64,000 nucleotides of DNA from Bdellovibrionales bacterium GWA1_52_35 (GTDB lineage: Bacteria > Bdellovibrionota > UBA1018): assembly GCA_001769805.1 (NCBI GenBank), contig MEPO01000021.1:64836-128835 (forward strand), written 5' to 3'. The notes beneath the pieces are model-generated. The model was not told the DNA's origin, did no database searches, and worked only from the letters and a program-made list of their open reading frames with translations. The translations under genes were made by a program, and so were the position numbers. Position 1 is the first letter of the stretch; each line of letters starts with the position of its first letter. Shown in pieces: positions 41,437-50,602 of the stretch.

Positions 41437-42741
41437 ATGCTTGACCAGAGACGACGGTTTAGACAAACTTGCAGAATGATACGTCCTCGTGCCCTAAGGA
41501 AGGGGTTCTGGTTCATCGGTTTGGCTCTGATAGGCGCTTTTGGCCTGGGTTCTTACCACTGGTACATGGGCACTGGCCCGTTTTCCCCACCAAAACAACT
41601 TCTTACCAAAGACCAATTGGCAATGGTTCTAAGTGATTCGGCGTCTTTCTACCGGTTTCCGGGAGAACTTGAGCTACCGCTCCTGAACCAGGAGCCTATT
41701 CAAGCCGTGGTGCAGTACGCTTTCGACCCTCGGCTTCAGGACGAAATGGAAAACCTTTTTCGCTCCTATCGGCCCGATTTCGGTGCTTTCGTTGCCATTG
41801 ATGCGACGACGGGGCGGGTTCTCTCGATGGTCAGTTTTTCCGAAAAAAACAAACTGCAGGACAACCTGGCCCTGCGTGCGACCTTCCCGTCGGCTTCGAT
41901 CTTTAAAGTCGTTACGGCGGCAGCGGCGATCGAAAAGGCAAAGTACTCCGCTGATACTATTATTTCGTTCAATGGCTCGAATCACACTCTTTATAAAAGC
42001 AATGTCCTGAAAACAAGCCACACGCGCTGGACCCGATCGATGACGCTGCGGGAAGCGTTTGGGAAATCAGTGAATACTGTCTTCGGAAAGATCGGGGCAA
42101 CACTCGGACCAACGGAGCTGAAGCTTTATGCCGATCGCTTTGGTTTCAACCGCCGGATCGGGGCTGACTTCCCGCTTCAGGAAGGTCGCGCGGCAATTCC
42201 AAACGATCCCTTGGACCATTTCGAGCTGGCGGAAAGTGCTTCGGGTTTCACCCGGGATAATACAATGAGCCCTTTGCAGGGGGCACTCATTGCGGCGGCA
42301 ATCGCGAATGACGGCCGCATGATGGAGCCGTATGTGGTTCAGTCGGTATTCACGCAGGACGGCGCGAAAATCTATTCTGCAGAACCTGCAATTGCGATGC
42401 AGGCGGTGGACGAGGAAACTGCTCTGGAGATCCGGGAGCTGATGAAACAGACGATCACGCGCGGCACCTCGCGCAAAGCATTTCATAATTTTTTTAAGAA
42501 AAAATACGCCGCTCTGGATGTCGGTGGCAAGACAGGCACCCTGAGCGGAAATGATCCCAAAGGCAAGTACGACTGGTTTGTCGGATATGCGAATGGCGGA
42601 ACCCACAAAGTCGCTTTTGCGGCTCTGGCGATCAACGAGAAATTCTGGCGAGTGAAAGCGTCCTATCTCGCACGTAAGGGCATGGAAATCTATTTTGCAG
42701 ATAAATTGGGTGAACAGCAGATCGCGAAGCTGGAGCCTTAA
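41437..42741 (+). CDS. Stand-alone penicillin-binding transpeptidase-domain protein
   Basis: N-terminal TM; SIFK (SxxK), SVN (SxN), KTGT. The start may be 41476. Confidence 0.85.
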   Translation: MLDQRRRFRQTCRMIRPRALRKGFWFIGLALIGAFGLGSYHWYMGTGPFSPPKQLLTKDQLAMVLSDSASFYRFPGELELPLLNQEPIQAVVQYAFDPRLQDEMENLFRSYRPDFGAFVAIDATTGRVLSMVSFSEKNKLQDNLALRATFPSASIFKVVTAAAAIEKAKYSADTIISFNGSNHTLYKSNVLKTSHTRWTRSMTLREAFGKSVNTVFGKIGATLGPTELKLYADRFGFNRRIGADFPLQEGRAAIPNDPLDHFELAESASGFTRDNTMSPLQGALIAAAIANDGRMMEPYVVQSVFTQDGAKIYSAEPAIAMQAVDEETALEIRELMKQTITRGTSRKAFHNFFKKKYAALDVGGKTGTLSGNDPKGKYDWFVGYANGGTHKVAFAALAINEKFWRVKASYLARKGMEIYFADKLGEQQIAKLEP

Positions 42742-42839
42742 TTTAATCAAGTTCGTTTATTCCTATTTGAATAATTCTCTTGCCGGGACGGGTCGGTTTC
42801 GGTAGCTTTTTATTACACGAAAAGTTCGTTTGGAAAAAA

Positions 42840-44474
42840 ATGACACTGCTGCATAAACTTCTTGCCATGCGGTTGAATCAATCGAAGTTCGCCATTTTTG
42901 TTAAGGCGCTGGCCTTCGGGCTCAGCTTTGGTGGGCTTTATTATTTTGTCCATCTTCTGGCACATTCGGGTGAGTTGCCCACAACCGCTGCCGACCATTG
43001 GATCATCATTTTCGTTACGGCCAGTGCCGCGCTTTTCGCAAAATTTCTTCTGCAAGCCCGATCTGCAAAATATCGACTCAGATTACTTGAAAAAGCAATC
43101 GAAGCGGCACCTGACGGCATCCAGGTCATGGACCTGCGGGGAAACACTCTTTACTCGAACAAAGCGATTCAAAAGATCTTTGGCTATTTACCCCAAGACT
43201 TTAATGGAAAGCATCTTAATGAAATGGAACCGGGTTGGTCGGGTGAATTGCTGGTGCGGCACGCGGATGGAACGACTTTCCCTATCTGGTTGACGACCTC
43301 GGTTCTCAGGGGATTATCTGATACACCGATCGCGACAGTGGGGATCGTTCGCGATATTACGAAAAGAAAGAACACATCGGAAGCGCTCAGACGAAGCGAG
43401 GAACACCTTCTGCTGGCCCATGATGTCGCGCAAATCGGGACTTGGGATTGGGATTTGTTAACAGGTGAAACCGTAATGTCTGATCGCGCCCGGGACTTTC
43501 TTGCTTTACCCCGCGATACCCCTGTTTCATATGAACTCGCTTTAGGCGCAATACATCCAGACGACAGGGGGACGGTGGACCGCGCAGTGAAGGCTGCTTT
43601 AAGGCGCAAGGTCGATTTCAGCGTTGAAATGCGCATACCCTTAAGCGACAACACCTTGCGCTGGATTTTGGCAAAGGGGCGCGGGTATTACAACGACGAA
43701 GGGAAGCCCAATCGCCTGATTGGCATAGTCCGGAATCTGACGGACCGCAAGCAACTGGAACTTGACTTGCGTTCTGCAGTTGATGCCCGCGACGAATTCC
43801 TGTCTATTGCTTCTCATGAGCTGAAAACACCGCTCACTGCCCTTACGCTCCAATTGGAATTGATGAAGCACGAGATGGACAAGCACGCTCTTTCTGAGCA
43901 CGAGGTCGCCGGGGCCTGCCTTTTGAAACAAGCGCTGATTCAAGTCTCCAGACTATCAAAACTCCTGAATGACCTCATGAATGTGACGAGGATCCGAGCC
44001 GGTAAATTCTTTTTGGAGAAAAGTAGAATGGATCTGGTTGCTTCGGCGCAGGAGGCGGCTGCGGCGCTAAGAGAGCAAGCCACCTCCGCGGGAAGCAATA
44101 TTTTGCTGCTTGCACCGGGCCCGATCATGGGCCACTGGGATCAGGAGCGGATCTGTCAGGTGTTTACAAATTTGCTTTCAAACGCGATAAAGTACGGCAA
44201 CGGCAGCCGGATCGAAGTTGAATTGGAAGAAGCGACAGGGGTTGCGCGGTTCAGGGTCCGGGATTATGGTCTGGGAATTCCGGCCGGGATGCAGAAGAAA
44301 ATTTTCAAGAGGTTTGAACGCGCGATCACCGGTGGAAAAATCACGGGACTTGGACTGGGTCTCTATATCGTTCGGCAAATAGTCGATGCCCACGGCGGAT
44401 CGATTCAGGTTGAAAGTGAGTTTGGAAAAGGGTCGACTTTCATTTGTGAGTTGCCGATTCAGTCCGGAGAATGA
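42840..44474 (+). CDS. Membrane-anchored PAS-PAS sensor histidine kinase
   Basis: Two TM helices, two PAS/PAC domains, SHELKTPL, NLLSNAIKY, DYGLGI, GLGLGL. Start uncertain. Confidence 0.9.
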   Translation: MTLLHKLLAMRLNQSKFAIFVKALAFGLSFGGLYYFVHLLAHSGELPTTAADHWIIIFVTASAALFAKFLLQARSAKYRLRLLEKAIEAAPDGIQVMDLRGNTLYSNKAIQKIFGYLPQDFNGKHLNEMEPGWSGELLVRHADGTTFPIWLTTSVLRGLSDTPIATVGIVRDITKRKNTSEALRRSEEHLLLAHDVAQIGTWDWDLLTGETVMSDRARDFLALPRDTPVSYELALGAIHPDDRGTVDRAVKAALRRKVDFSVEMRIPLSDNTLRWILAKGRGYYNDEGKPNRLIGIVRNLTDRKQLELDLRSAVDARDEFLSIASHELKTPLTALTLQLELMKHEMDKHALSEHEVAGACLLKQALIQVSRLSKLLNDLMNVTRIRAGKFFLEKSRMDLVASAQEAAAALREQATSAGSNILLLAPGPIMGHWDQERICQVFTNLLSNAIKYGNGSRIEVELEEATGVARFRVRDYGLGIPAGMQKKIFKRFERAITGGKITGLGLGLYIVRQIVDAHGGSIQVESEFGKGSTFICELPIQSGE

Positions 44475-44478
44475 CTCT

Positions 44479-45423
44479 TTACTCCGTCGTCGCCGCCGTT
44501 ACGGTGATTTGATCGGAGTATGAGCCCGCCACCCGTCCAGAGCCGACAAAAGCGCCAATTCTGACGTTAATCGGATAAGCGCTTCCAGTCTGCAAAGTCG
44601 TTCCATTGGACGATAACCCAAGCACGGGAACAGCCAGGCTATTACTCATATTGAGCTGTACGCCGTTGACGTAGAAGAGATACGGCACAAGCGCCGCGCC
44701 GGCAGTATGTTTCATACTTCCATTATTTGCTGAAGAGAACCTGACCTCATAGCCCGCGTTGCTCCGCATGCGAATATCCATCGAGGAATTCTGTCCTGGA
44801 GCAAGCGTTCCGAAATTGATGTTCTTCGTGGTTTTTGATTCGTCAAATGCCCCACCCCCGTCCAGTAGCGACAATGCAATGATCTTCGGTATGTTTATCG
44901 TCAGCGTTACTGTTGTCGTGGCAACCGGTGTGACCCAGGTCAGTGGATCGGCACCTTCGTATACATTCAGGGTAAAAGAATCCGTGAATGAGCCCGAGTG
45001 ATACAAGGTAGCAGAATAGGGTACTTCGATAAAAAACTGAAGCTGATGCTGAGTCGTGTCGCCCTCCAGGTATGTGTCCAATATAACGTCAGTTGGTGCG
45101 GCGATATCCGGTACATCCTTCAAGGCAAATGTTTTAGTGGTGTCACCATAGATCTGGTAACGCGCCGAATTCGCGCCAACTGTTGCACGCCGAGTGGCAT
45201 AACTTGCTGCGCCACCTTTGGTAAACGCGATTCCATAACTGCATGCGGTCGAATTGCCCTTGGTGATCGTTAAGGTGAAGCTCTTGTAATCGAACGCCAT
45301 CGTCCAATCAATGCTTGGATTCCCGGCGGCGATACCAAGTCCACAGGCGGCGTTTGCGGTCGAAGTTCCGATCAAAGCAATTACAAACCACCCCACCGAA
45401 AACAGCAGATTCCGATAAATCAT
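44479..45423 (-). CDS. Two-domain spore-coat-U/CsuE-like pilus tip protein
   Basis: Signal peptide; N-terminal Cys pair, YGIAFTKG, RYQIY; INFGTL; C-terminal AGSYSDQITVT. Confidence 0.75.
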   Translation of the reverse strand: MIYRNLLFSVGWFVIALIGTSTANAACGLGIAAGNPSIDWTMAFDYKSFTLTITKGNSTACSYGIAFTKGGAASYATRRATVGANSARYQIYGDTTKTFALKDVPDIAAPTDVILDTYLEGDTTQHQLQFFIEVPYSATLYHSGSFTDSFTLNVYEGADPLTWVTPVATTTVTLTINIPKIIALSLLDGGGAFDESKTTKNINFGTLAPGQNSSMDIRMRSNAGYEVRFSSANNGSMKHTAGAALVPYLFYVNGVQLNMSNSLAVPVLGLSSNGTTLQTGSAYPINVRIGAFVGSGRVAGSYSDQITVTAATTE

Positions 45424-48053
45424 TGCTTGATCCTCTTGAGTCTGATTTTTCCCAAATCGATATATTCCGGACCATCCTCAGGAATGGTAAATGTGTACTT
45501 GTCCGCCGAGCCGTCCGACAGGTGAATTTCATACTGGCCCGGCTTGAAGCCTTCGATTCGCGTGCGTCCGCTGCGGGTTGTAAAAAACTGGACGTCCTTG
45601 AACTCCGCATCAGAGGCCGACGTGATTTTGCCAGGTTTGGTTACAACGGGAGAAGAATCGTCATCATACAGCAGATTGGCTCCAATGCTCATATACAAAT
45701 CGGTGCCCATTTTGACGAGGTATCCGCTCTTGTAGGGAGGCAGAAACCTGAAGGTATCTTTATCAAATCCCGCCTTGACCGCACTTTTGGCATTATCCGG
45801 CGTCACCTGGAGTACAAATGGCGAATAAGATGAAATTTCTGACATGACCGCGCCTCCTAAGTAGGAGGATTTGGCAAAGTACGCGGTGCTATCCGGCTTC
45901 CGGTTTAAGTATAATGTTTCGTCTTTCAGGTTTTTTTCCGCCGAGGCGAGGGCAAAGGTGTCCAATACCGGCCGCCCAATACCAAGGCGCCCCCCCGCGT
46001 AAACTAGCGCCGTTTGCGCCTGAATGCTGAAGTGATTCTGGGGTCCTGCAACCTGGCGAACCAACTGTCGCTGTCCCGTTGAATCTGAGACAGGCAGCTC
46101 CTGCGGTGGAAGCCATTTGGCGGAGTGATTCAGACCCACTACTCCTCTATTTCCGGTGTAGTTTCCACTTGCAGTGAATTCGCGATCATCTCGCGCCTTC
46201 TTGAGTCCGAGACGAACGTCATGCTTTCCAACTCCCGGTTCAGGTGAGGAATACGTCCAACCCAAAGCGGTTCCATCGTCTTTGGCATTATAACTTCCGC
46301 TGATGGATTGATGCTCTTCAGAGAAGTTCCAATTAAGGAAAATCGCGGCCGAGGTTTCCATCTGACCCGCGCTATTGCGATCCTCTCGCAAGGACAACGA
46401 GGCACTGGGGCCCTTTCGCCAGTTGCGCGAAACGCCGACACTTACACCAAAAGCATCATACGGAGTATTCACGGAGGGGCGCATCAGCGCATAATTGATT
46501 CCAAGACTCAACGTGCCGAAATCTCCGAGCGCCTGCCCGTACGATCCCGTCAAGGAATGAGCGACCGGTTGAAAATCCGAGAGCGTCCCAAATTGCGAGA
46601 AGCCCGGACTCGCTGATATCAAACCGAAAGCGTAACTTCGCTGTGATTTTTTGTGCCCTTCGTAGTCAATGGTGGAAAAACGACTGCGCAACGCAACGCC
46701 CGTACGCTTGCCGACGCCCGTATTGATCACGGGCTCAAAACCGAGCGAACCGAAGGGAGCAGTCAAAGCGGCCGCTCCCCCAACCAGCAGATCGCCTGAT
46801 CTGACCTGGATATTTGCACCCAAGGTGAGCACGTCGGAGTAGCCGTAACGATGGAAGAACGATCCGGTTATCTTGGTCTTGTCGTAATTCCGACTGAACC
46901 CGTTTTGCAGATAGGGTGCCCCGATAAAGTACCCCATGTCATGGACTCCGAGCCCCAATAGCTCCGAAGACGAGAAGAACGAATAACTCAGCTCCTCCTT
47001 CCGGCCCAAATCATCGATGATTTCAAATTTCAGGTCATTGGGACCAGCCATGAATGAGAAATCGGTCAAATCGTGGCGGCCGGCCGGAAGATCAATGGTT
47101 CTTATCGGAATGCCGTTGAGAATTGCTGTTACTTTTGAGGGCCGTTCCAAAAACATTTGGTACCGACCCACCTGCGTCGTCCGTCGAGAAGGGTTGAGCC
47201 CCGGCTTGTTCACCATACCGATCCCGCCCATTGGAATCGCAGACTGAAAACCTTGTAGCGCCAACGGCAGGTCTCCAGCATAGGCTCTGATTTGCTGCTT
47301 GGGAAAGTCCTTGATCAGCCGGAAATCCTGCCGGGCAAAGGTATTCCAATTTTCGAGTTTATATTTATTTTCGTATACTGAGACTGATCCTTCAAAGACA
47401 AGATCCGCAATACGGGTTCCGTTCTCAATCATTCCACGCATGGGCTGCCGGCCGCTTGTTGACGGATCAGCACCGAACTCATAATCCTGCGATGAACTTA
47501 TATTGAAAAAGGAACTGAACCAGGCAGGATCAGTGTCGGGTTGCTCAAGGCCAAAATCACCACTCCCCCCAAAAGACACCGAACCCTTGCGCCTGATCTG
47601 CGGAGGAATAGCCAGATGCAGTTCCAATTTCTTTTCGTTGTAGGTGAGCTGGTATGGCTTCCCGCTAAAATACGAGAGAGGAACCCAGCGCCCTCCCTGT
47701 TTCACTTCTTTCAGCTCGCTGCCGCTGATTTCAAGCGGGTCAAACTGAGCAGAGGGATCGAGCAAGCGGTCTAAAACTTTCTTCAGTTCGTCGCCGTCAA
47801 CCGAAATATCTTCCGGGTAGCTGCCGACCATGACAGGGATTTGTCCCTGCGGCTGCGGGTTACTCTCATAGAGCACTGGCATGACGATCGGAGCTTTCAG
47901 TTCGTCTTTCTTCTTTGTTCCAAATACCTTCTGAAATATTTCTTCATCCGAAGGCTCCGGTGGTGCTGCCAGTGCCTGCTGGGCACAGAACCCGCCAAGA
48001 TAAAAAAGCAATGCCAAGAGAGCATTGCCATTACTTCTCTTCGGGCAACTCAA
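45420..48053 (-). CDS. Fimbrial outer-membrane usher
   Basis: 877 aa; signal peptide; AGD, plug region PSKVTAILNG...LPAG...L.D...G.N, HRYGYSDVLTLG; barrel strands; coupled to chaperone and tip genes. Confidence 0.85.
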   Translation of the reverse strand: MSCPKRSNGNALLALLFYLGGFCAQQALAAPPEPSDEEIFQKVFGTKKKDELKAPIVMPVLYESNPQPQGQIPVMVGSYPEDISVDGDELKKVLDRLLDPSAQFDPLEISGSELKEVKQGGRWVPLSYFSGKPYQLTYNEKKLELHLAIPPQIRRKGSVSFGGSGDFGLEQPDTDPAWFSSFFNISSSQDYEFGADPSTSGRQPMRGMIENGTRIADLVFEGSVSVYENKYKLENWNTFARQDFRLIKDFPKQQIRAYAGDLPLALQGFQSAIPMGGIGMVNKPGLNPSRRTTQVGRYQMFLERPSKVTAILNGIPIRTIDLPAGRHDLTDFSFMAGPNDLKFEIIDDLGRKEELSYSFFSSSELLGLGVHDMGYFIGAPYLQNGFSRNYDKTKITGSFFHRYGYSDVLTLGANIQVRSGDLLVGGAAALTAPFGSLGFEPVINTGVGKRTGVALRSRFSTIDYEGHKKSQRSYAFGLISASPGFSQFGTLSDFQPVAHSLTGSYGQALGDFGTLSLGINYALMRPSVNTPYDAFGVSVGVSRNWRKGPSASLSLREDRNSAGQMETSAAIFLNWNFSEEHQSISGSYNAKDDGTALGWTYSSPEPGVGKHDVRLGLKKARDDREFTASGNYTGNRGVVGLNHSAKWLPPQELPVSDSTGQRQLVRQVAGPQNHFSIQAQTALVYAGGRLGIGRPVLDTFALASAEKNLKDETLYLNRKPDSTAYFAKSSYLGGAVMSEISSYSPFVLQVTPDNAKSAVKAGFDKDTFRFLPPYKSGYLVKMGTDLYMSIGANLLYDDDSSPVVTKPGKITSASDAEFKDVQFFTTRSGRTRIEGFKPGQYEIHLSDGSADKYTFTIPEDGPEYIDLGKIRLKRIKQ

Positions 48054-48798
48054 AAGTCACCTTGTAGGGCCCCGGTGGCAGTTGTGCAGGAGCAGTCAGG
48101 AAATGCCTTCTCATTTTCCCGGCCAAGACATTATCCCCCGCGAGTTTCTTGAACTCGTCCGCTCGCAATTCGATCGGAGCACCACTGGCGCCTGCTATTT
48201 TCAATACCAATTTTCTGGGTATGACATGTTTGGTGCCGGTATTTGTGATCTCCAGCTGAATTTTTCCTTGTTGATCCTTGAACTCCGGATCCGCCATTTT
48301 GGCGATGATTTGCAATTCGGGCTTTGCTTCGGGTGGTGTTATGTAAACAGATCCGACGTACTTGGTGGCAATAAGGATTTTGGCGCGAGTACGCATATCG
48401 CTTGACTCAGGTTCCATTGAAAAGGGTAGTTCTTCCGCAATCAAACGGAAGCTCAATTCGGAAGTCACCTTCGGTTGCCCAATCCACGAAACGCGAACCG
48501 TGCGAAGGTCATTGGCGTTCAAAATTAATTGCGAGGGGTAGATTTGGAAAAGATCATCGATTTCAGGGGTTTCTTTATATTCCTCTGATCCGTCAGGTTT
48601 GGGTTCACGATGCACGATATAGAGCATCACGGGAACCTTTTGATCTGTCGGATTGCGAACGGTAATTGCGACGCTTGATCTTGGTCCAGATGGCGCAAGC
48701 TCGTTGATCACGGGTCCAAAAGTAAAGCCGGCGAAGGCGGCGGTTCCAGTGATGCTGCCCATAACAGACACTGCTGCCAAAATGATAAAGTGCCTCAT
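48031..48798 (-). CDS. Periplasmic pilus chaperone (PapD/CsuC-like)
   Basis: Signal peptide; YPSQLIL, VRV, ELSFRLIAEELP, VYITP, NTGTKH; RBS AAGGAGG. Confidence 0.85.
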   Translation of the reverse strand: MRHFIILAAVSVMGSITGTAAFAGFTFGPVINELAPSGPRSSVAITVRNPTDQKVPVMLYIVHREPKPDGSEEYKETPEIDDLFQIYPSQLILNANDLRTVRVSWIGQPKVTSELSFRLIAEELPFSMEPESSDMRTRAKILIATKYVGSVYITPPEAKPELQIIAKMADPEFKDQQGKIQLEITNTGTKHVIPRKLVLKIAGASGAPIELRADEFKKLAGDNVLAGKMRRHFLTAPAQLPPGPYKVTFELPEEK

Positions 48799-48850
48799 GA
48801 AACCTCCTTTTTTCGGTGAGCACGTAGAATTTATCATCCTTTTCAGTTTT

Positions 48851-48894
48851 ACAAAAGAAAAAGGGCGCTGCAACTCCGAAGAGTTGCAGCGCCC
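48851..48894 (-). terminator. Rho-independent terminator after pilin 1
   Basis: Minus strand GGGCGCTGCAACTC-TTCG-GAGTTGCAGCGCCC (14-bp perfect stem, cUUCGg loop), then TTTTTCTTTT. Confidence 0.92.
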
Positions 48895-48899
48895 GCATC

Positions 48900-48918
48900 A
48901 CAAGAACCGTTTCTAAAC
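48900..48918. repeat. Inverted repeat arm downstream of pilin 1 (partner at 49534-49554)
   Basis: ACAAGAACCG-TTT-CTAAAC on + here; ACAAGAACCG-CGGTC-CTAAAC on - at 49554-49534. Confidence 0.65.
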
Positions 48919-48928
48919 GTTGAGTAAC

Positions 48929-49516
48929 TTATTCAGACGTCATGGTGAAGGTCAGGACGTCCTTATAGACACCGGCCAGAGGAAGGGCCACATCCGGAGC
49001 ATCCCAGGTGCCGGTGAAAGAGCAATCTTCTTCAAGACCGCTGCTGACCGTACCAGCCAGATCCGCCGCAGTTACTGAATGAAGGTCTTTACCAGCACCA
49101 CCCGAAACGATGTCAGCGGCAGCTATTGATACTACCGTTCCAGCGCCGCCGGCCGTTGTCGTTCCGATGGTTTTACAGGTTGCCGCATCACCCATCGCTT
49201 CATAAGTCATTACACCCGTCCAGTCGACACCTGCATTCTGAAGTTTACCGGATGCCGTGGATGATTTTACAATCAAGGACGCGATGTCTTGATTATATTT
49301 CACGTGCAAGATGCCGAGCAAACGGTCATTGACGTCATTGAATCCGCTCAAGTCCAAATCACCGGGCACGCCACGCACCCAGAGTTCGAAGAACACCGGA
49401 ACGTTGCCGCTTAGGTTGATCTGTCCTTGTACCACGTCAGTTGGCGCAGCAAATACGTTGGAAGTAACTCCCACAATCATAAAAGTCGCTAAAGCCACCA
49501 GTTTCTTGAAACTCAT
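48929..49516 (-). CDS. Pilin 1, putative major subunit of the chaperone-usher pilus
   Basis: 195 aa; signal peptide; GQINLSGNV donor-strand-like N-terminus; 2 Cys; C-terminal LAGVYKDVLTFT; RBS GAGGAG. Confidence 0.75.
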   Translation of the reverse strand: MSFKKLVALATFMIVGVTSNVFAAPTDVVQGQINLSGNVPVFFELWVRGVPGDLDLSGFNDVNDRLLGILHVKYNQDIASLIVKSSTASGKLQNAGVDWTGVMTYEAMGDAATCKTIGTTTAGGAGTVVSIAAADIVSGGAGKDLHSVTAADLAGTVSSGLEEDCSFTGTWDAPDVALPLAGVYKDVLTFTMTSE

Positions 49517-49571
49517 ATATTTTAATCTCCTCTGTTTAGGACCGCGGTTCTTGTAAGCAGTCTCAGTTTTC

Positions 49572-49598
49572 ATATCGGTGTAATTCCAAAATGGTTGA
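49572..49598 (-). promoter_or_regulatory. sigma28 (FliA)-like promoter of pilin 1
   Basis: Minus strand TCAA-N15-ACCGATAT. Confidence 0.6.
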
Positions 49599-49667
49599 GG
49601 GGTTCCGGATAGTTTCATTCGCTGCAAATGAGCTGAATTGGAAAATGCGTTGTCACACATAGACATG

Positions 49668-49750
49668 ATGCGTTGCGCATTTTTCAAATTATTTTTATTT
49701 CTTTGTTAACTAAGCTCGTTTTATCCATGCGCACCGCACTGCGTCGCGCA
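49668..49750. promoter_or_regulatory. Three TGCG-N3-CGCA palindromes (candidate operators)
   Basis: 49669-49679, 49728-49738 and 49740-49750, flanking an AT-rich spacer. Confidence 0.5.
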
Positions 49751-49828
49751 GGTTTTTACCCAGAACCGTCAAAAAATCCCCTCATTTCAAACGAATTTCT
49801 GCATGAGACACTATTGACTGGTGCACGG

Positions 49829-50602
49829 ATGAAACCAAACCAGACCCCGGGGAATAATAGCCACTTGGACGATCCTTCACGAGTCGCAGAGATTCGTGAA
49901 AAAATTCGGAAGAAGGAATTCCTTCGCGCCCTCTACCTCGAGACGTATTCCAAGTACTCCGCCTGTCTTAAGCGTTGCCCTGCCTCCGGCCAAATTCTCG
50001 AACTCGGCTCAGGCGGCGGATTTTCCAAAGAAGTGATTCCCCAGCTCATCACCTCCGACATCATTCCGTACGAAGGTGTTGACCGTATTGTGGACGCCAC
50101 TCAGATCCCTTTCCCGGACCGCTCCCTCCGTGCCATCTTTTTATTCAACGTCTTTCATCACATTCCCGACGTCAGAGCATTTTTCCGCGAAGCCATGCGC
50201 TGCCTCGTTCCCGGAGGGCGAATATTGATTATTGATCCGTACTTTGGGTGGATCAGCAGCCCCATTTACAACTATCTCCATCATGAGCCGAGCTCCAAAT
50301 CCGTTGAGAAATGGGAATTTGAATCCAGCGGTCCTCTTTCAGATGCGAACATCGCGCTGGCCTGGATAGTCTTTCAAAGAGACCGCGCTATTTTCGAGAG
50401 CGAATTCGCCAAGCTCAACCTTGTGAGCTATAAGCCCCACTCGCCGCTTCGCTATTGGATTTCTGGTGGGCTCAAAAACTGGTCGCTTGCCTCGGGATCA
50501 CAATTTGAAACCTGGTCCAAAATTGACAACGCCCTGATCTCGCTCTCGGAGAAATTTGCGAGCTTCGTCGATATTGAACTCGTCAAACAAACAGACCAAT
50601 AG
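49829..50602 (+). CDS. Class I SAM-dependent methyltransferase
   Basis: ILELGSGGG, DA..IPF, VFHHI, LVPGGR. Its stop abuts the stop of the TMTC-like gene. Confidence 0.85.
   Translation: MKPNQTPGNNSHLDDPSRVAEIREKIRKKEFLRALYLETYSKYSACLKRCPASGQILELGSGGGFSKEVIPQLITSDIIPYEGVDRIVDATQIPFPDRSLRAIFLFNVFHHIPDVRAFFREAMRCLVPGGRILIIDPYFGWISSPIYNYLHHEPSSKSVEKWEFESSGPLSDANIALAWIVFQRDRAIFESEFAKLNLVSYKPHSPLRYWISGGLKNWSLASGSQFETWSKIDNALISLSEKFASFVDIELVKQTDQ

Noticed and set aside
49517-49828. Long N-terminal extensions in the ORF track (pilin 1 from 49687, methyltransferase from 49673; also TMTC-A 54495, lepB 28279, rlmE 38784)
   Set aside because: They overlap neighbouring genes or promoters; downstream starts give proper signal peptides or RBS.
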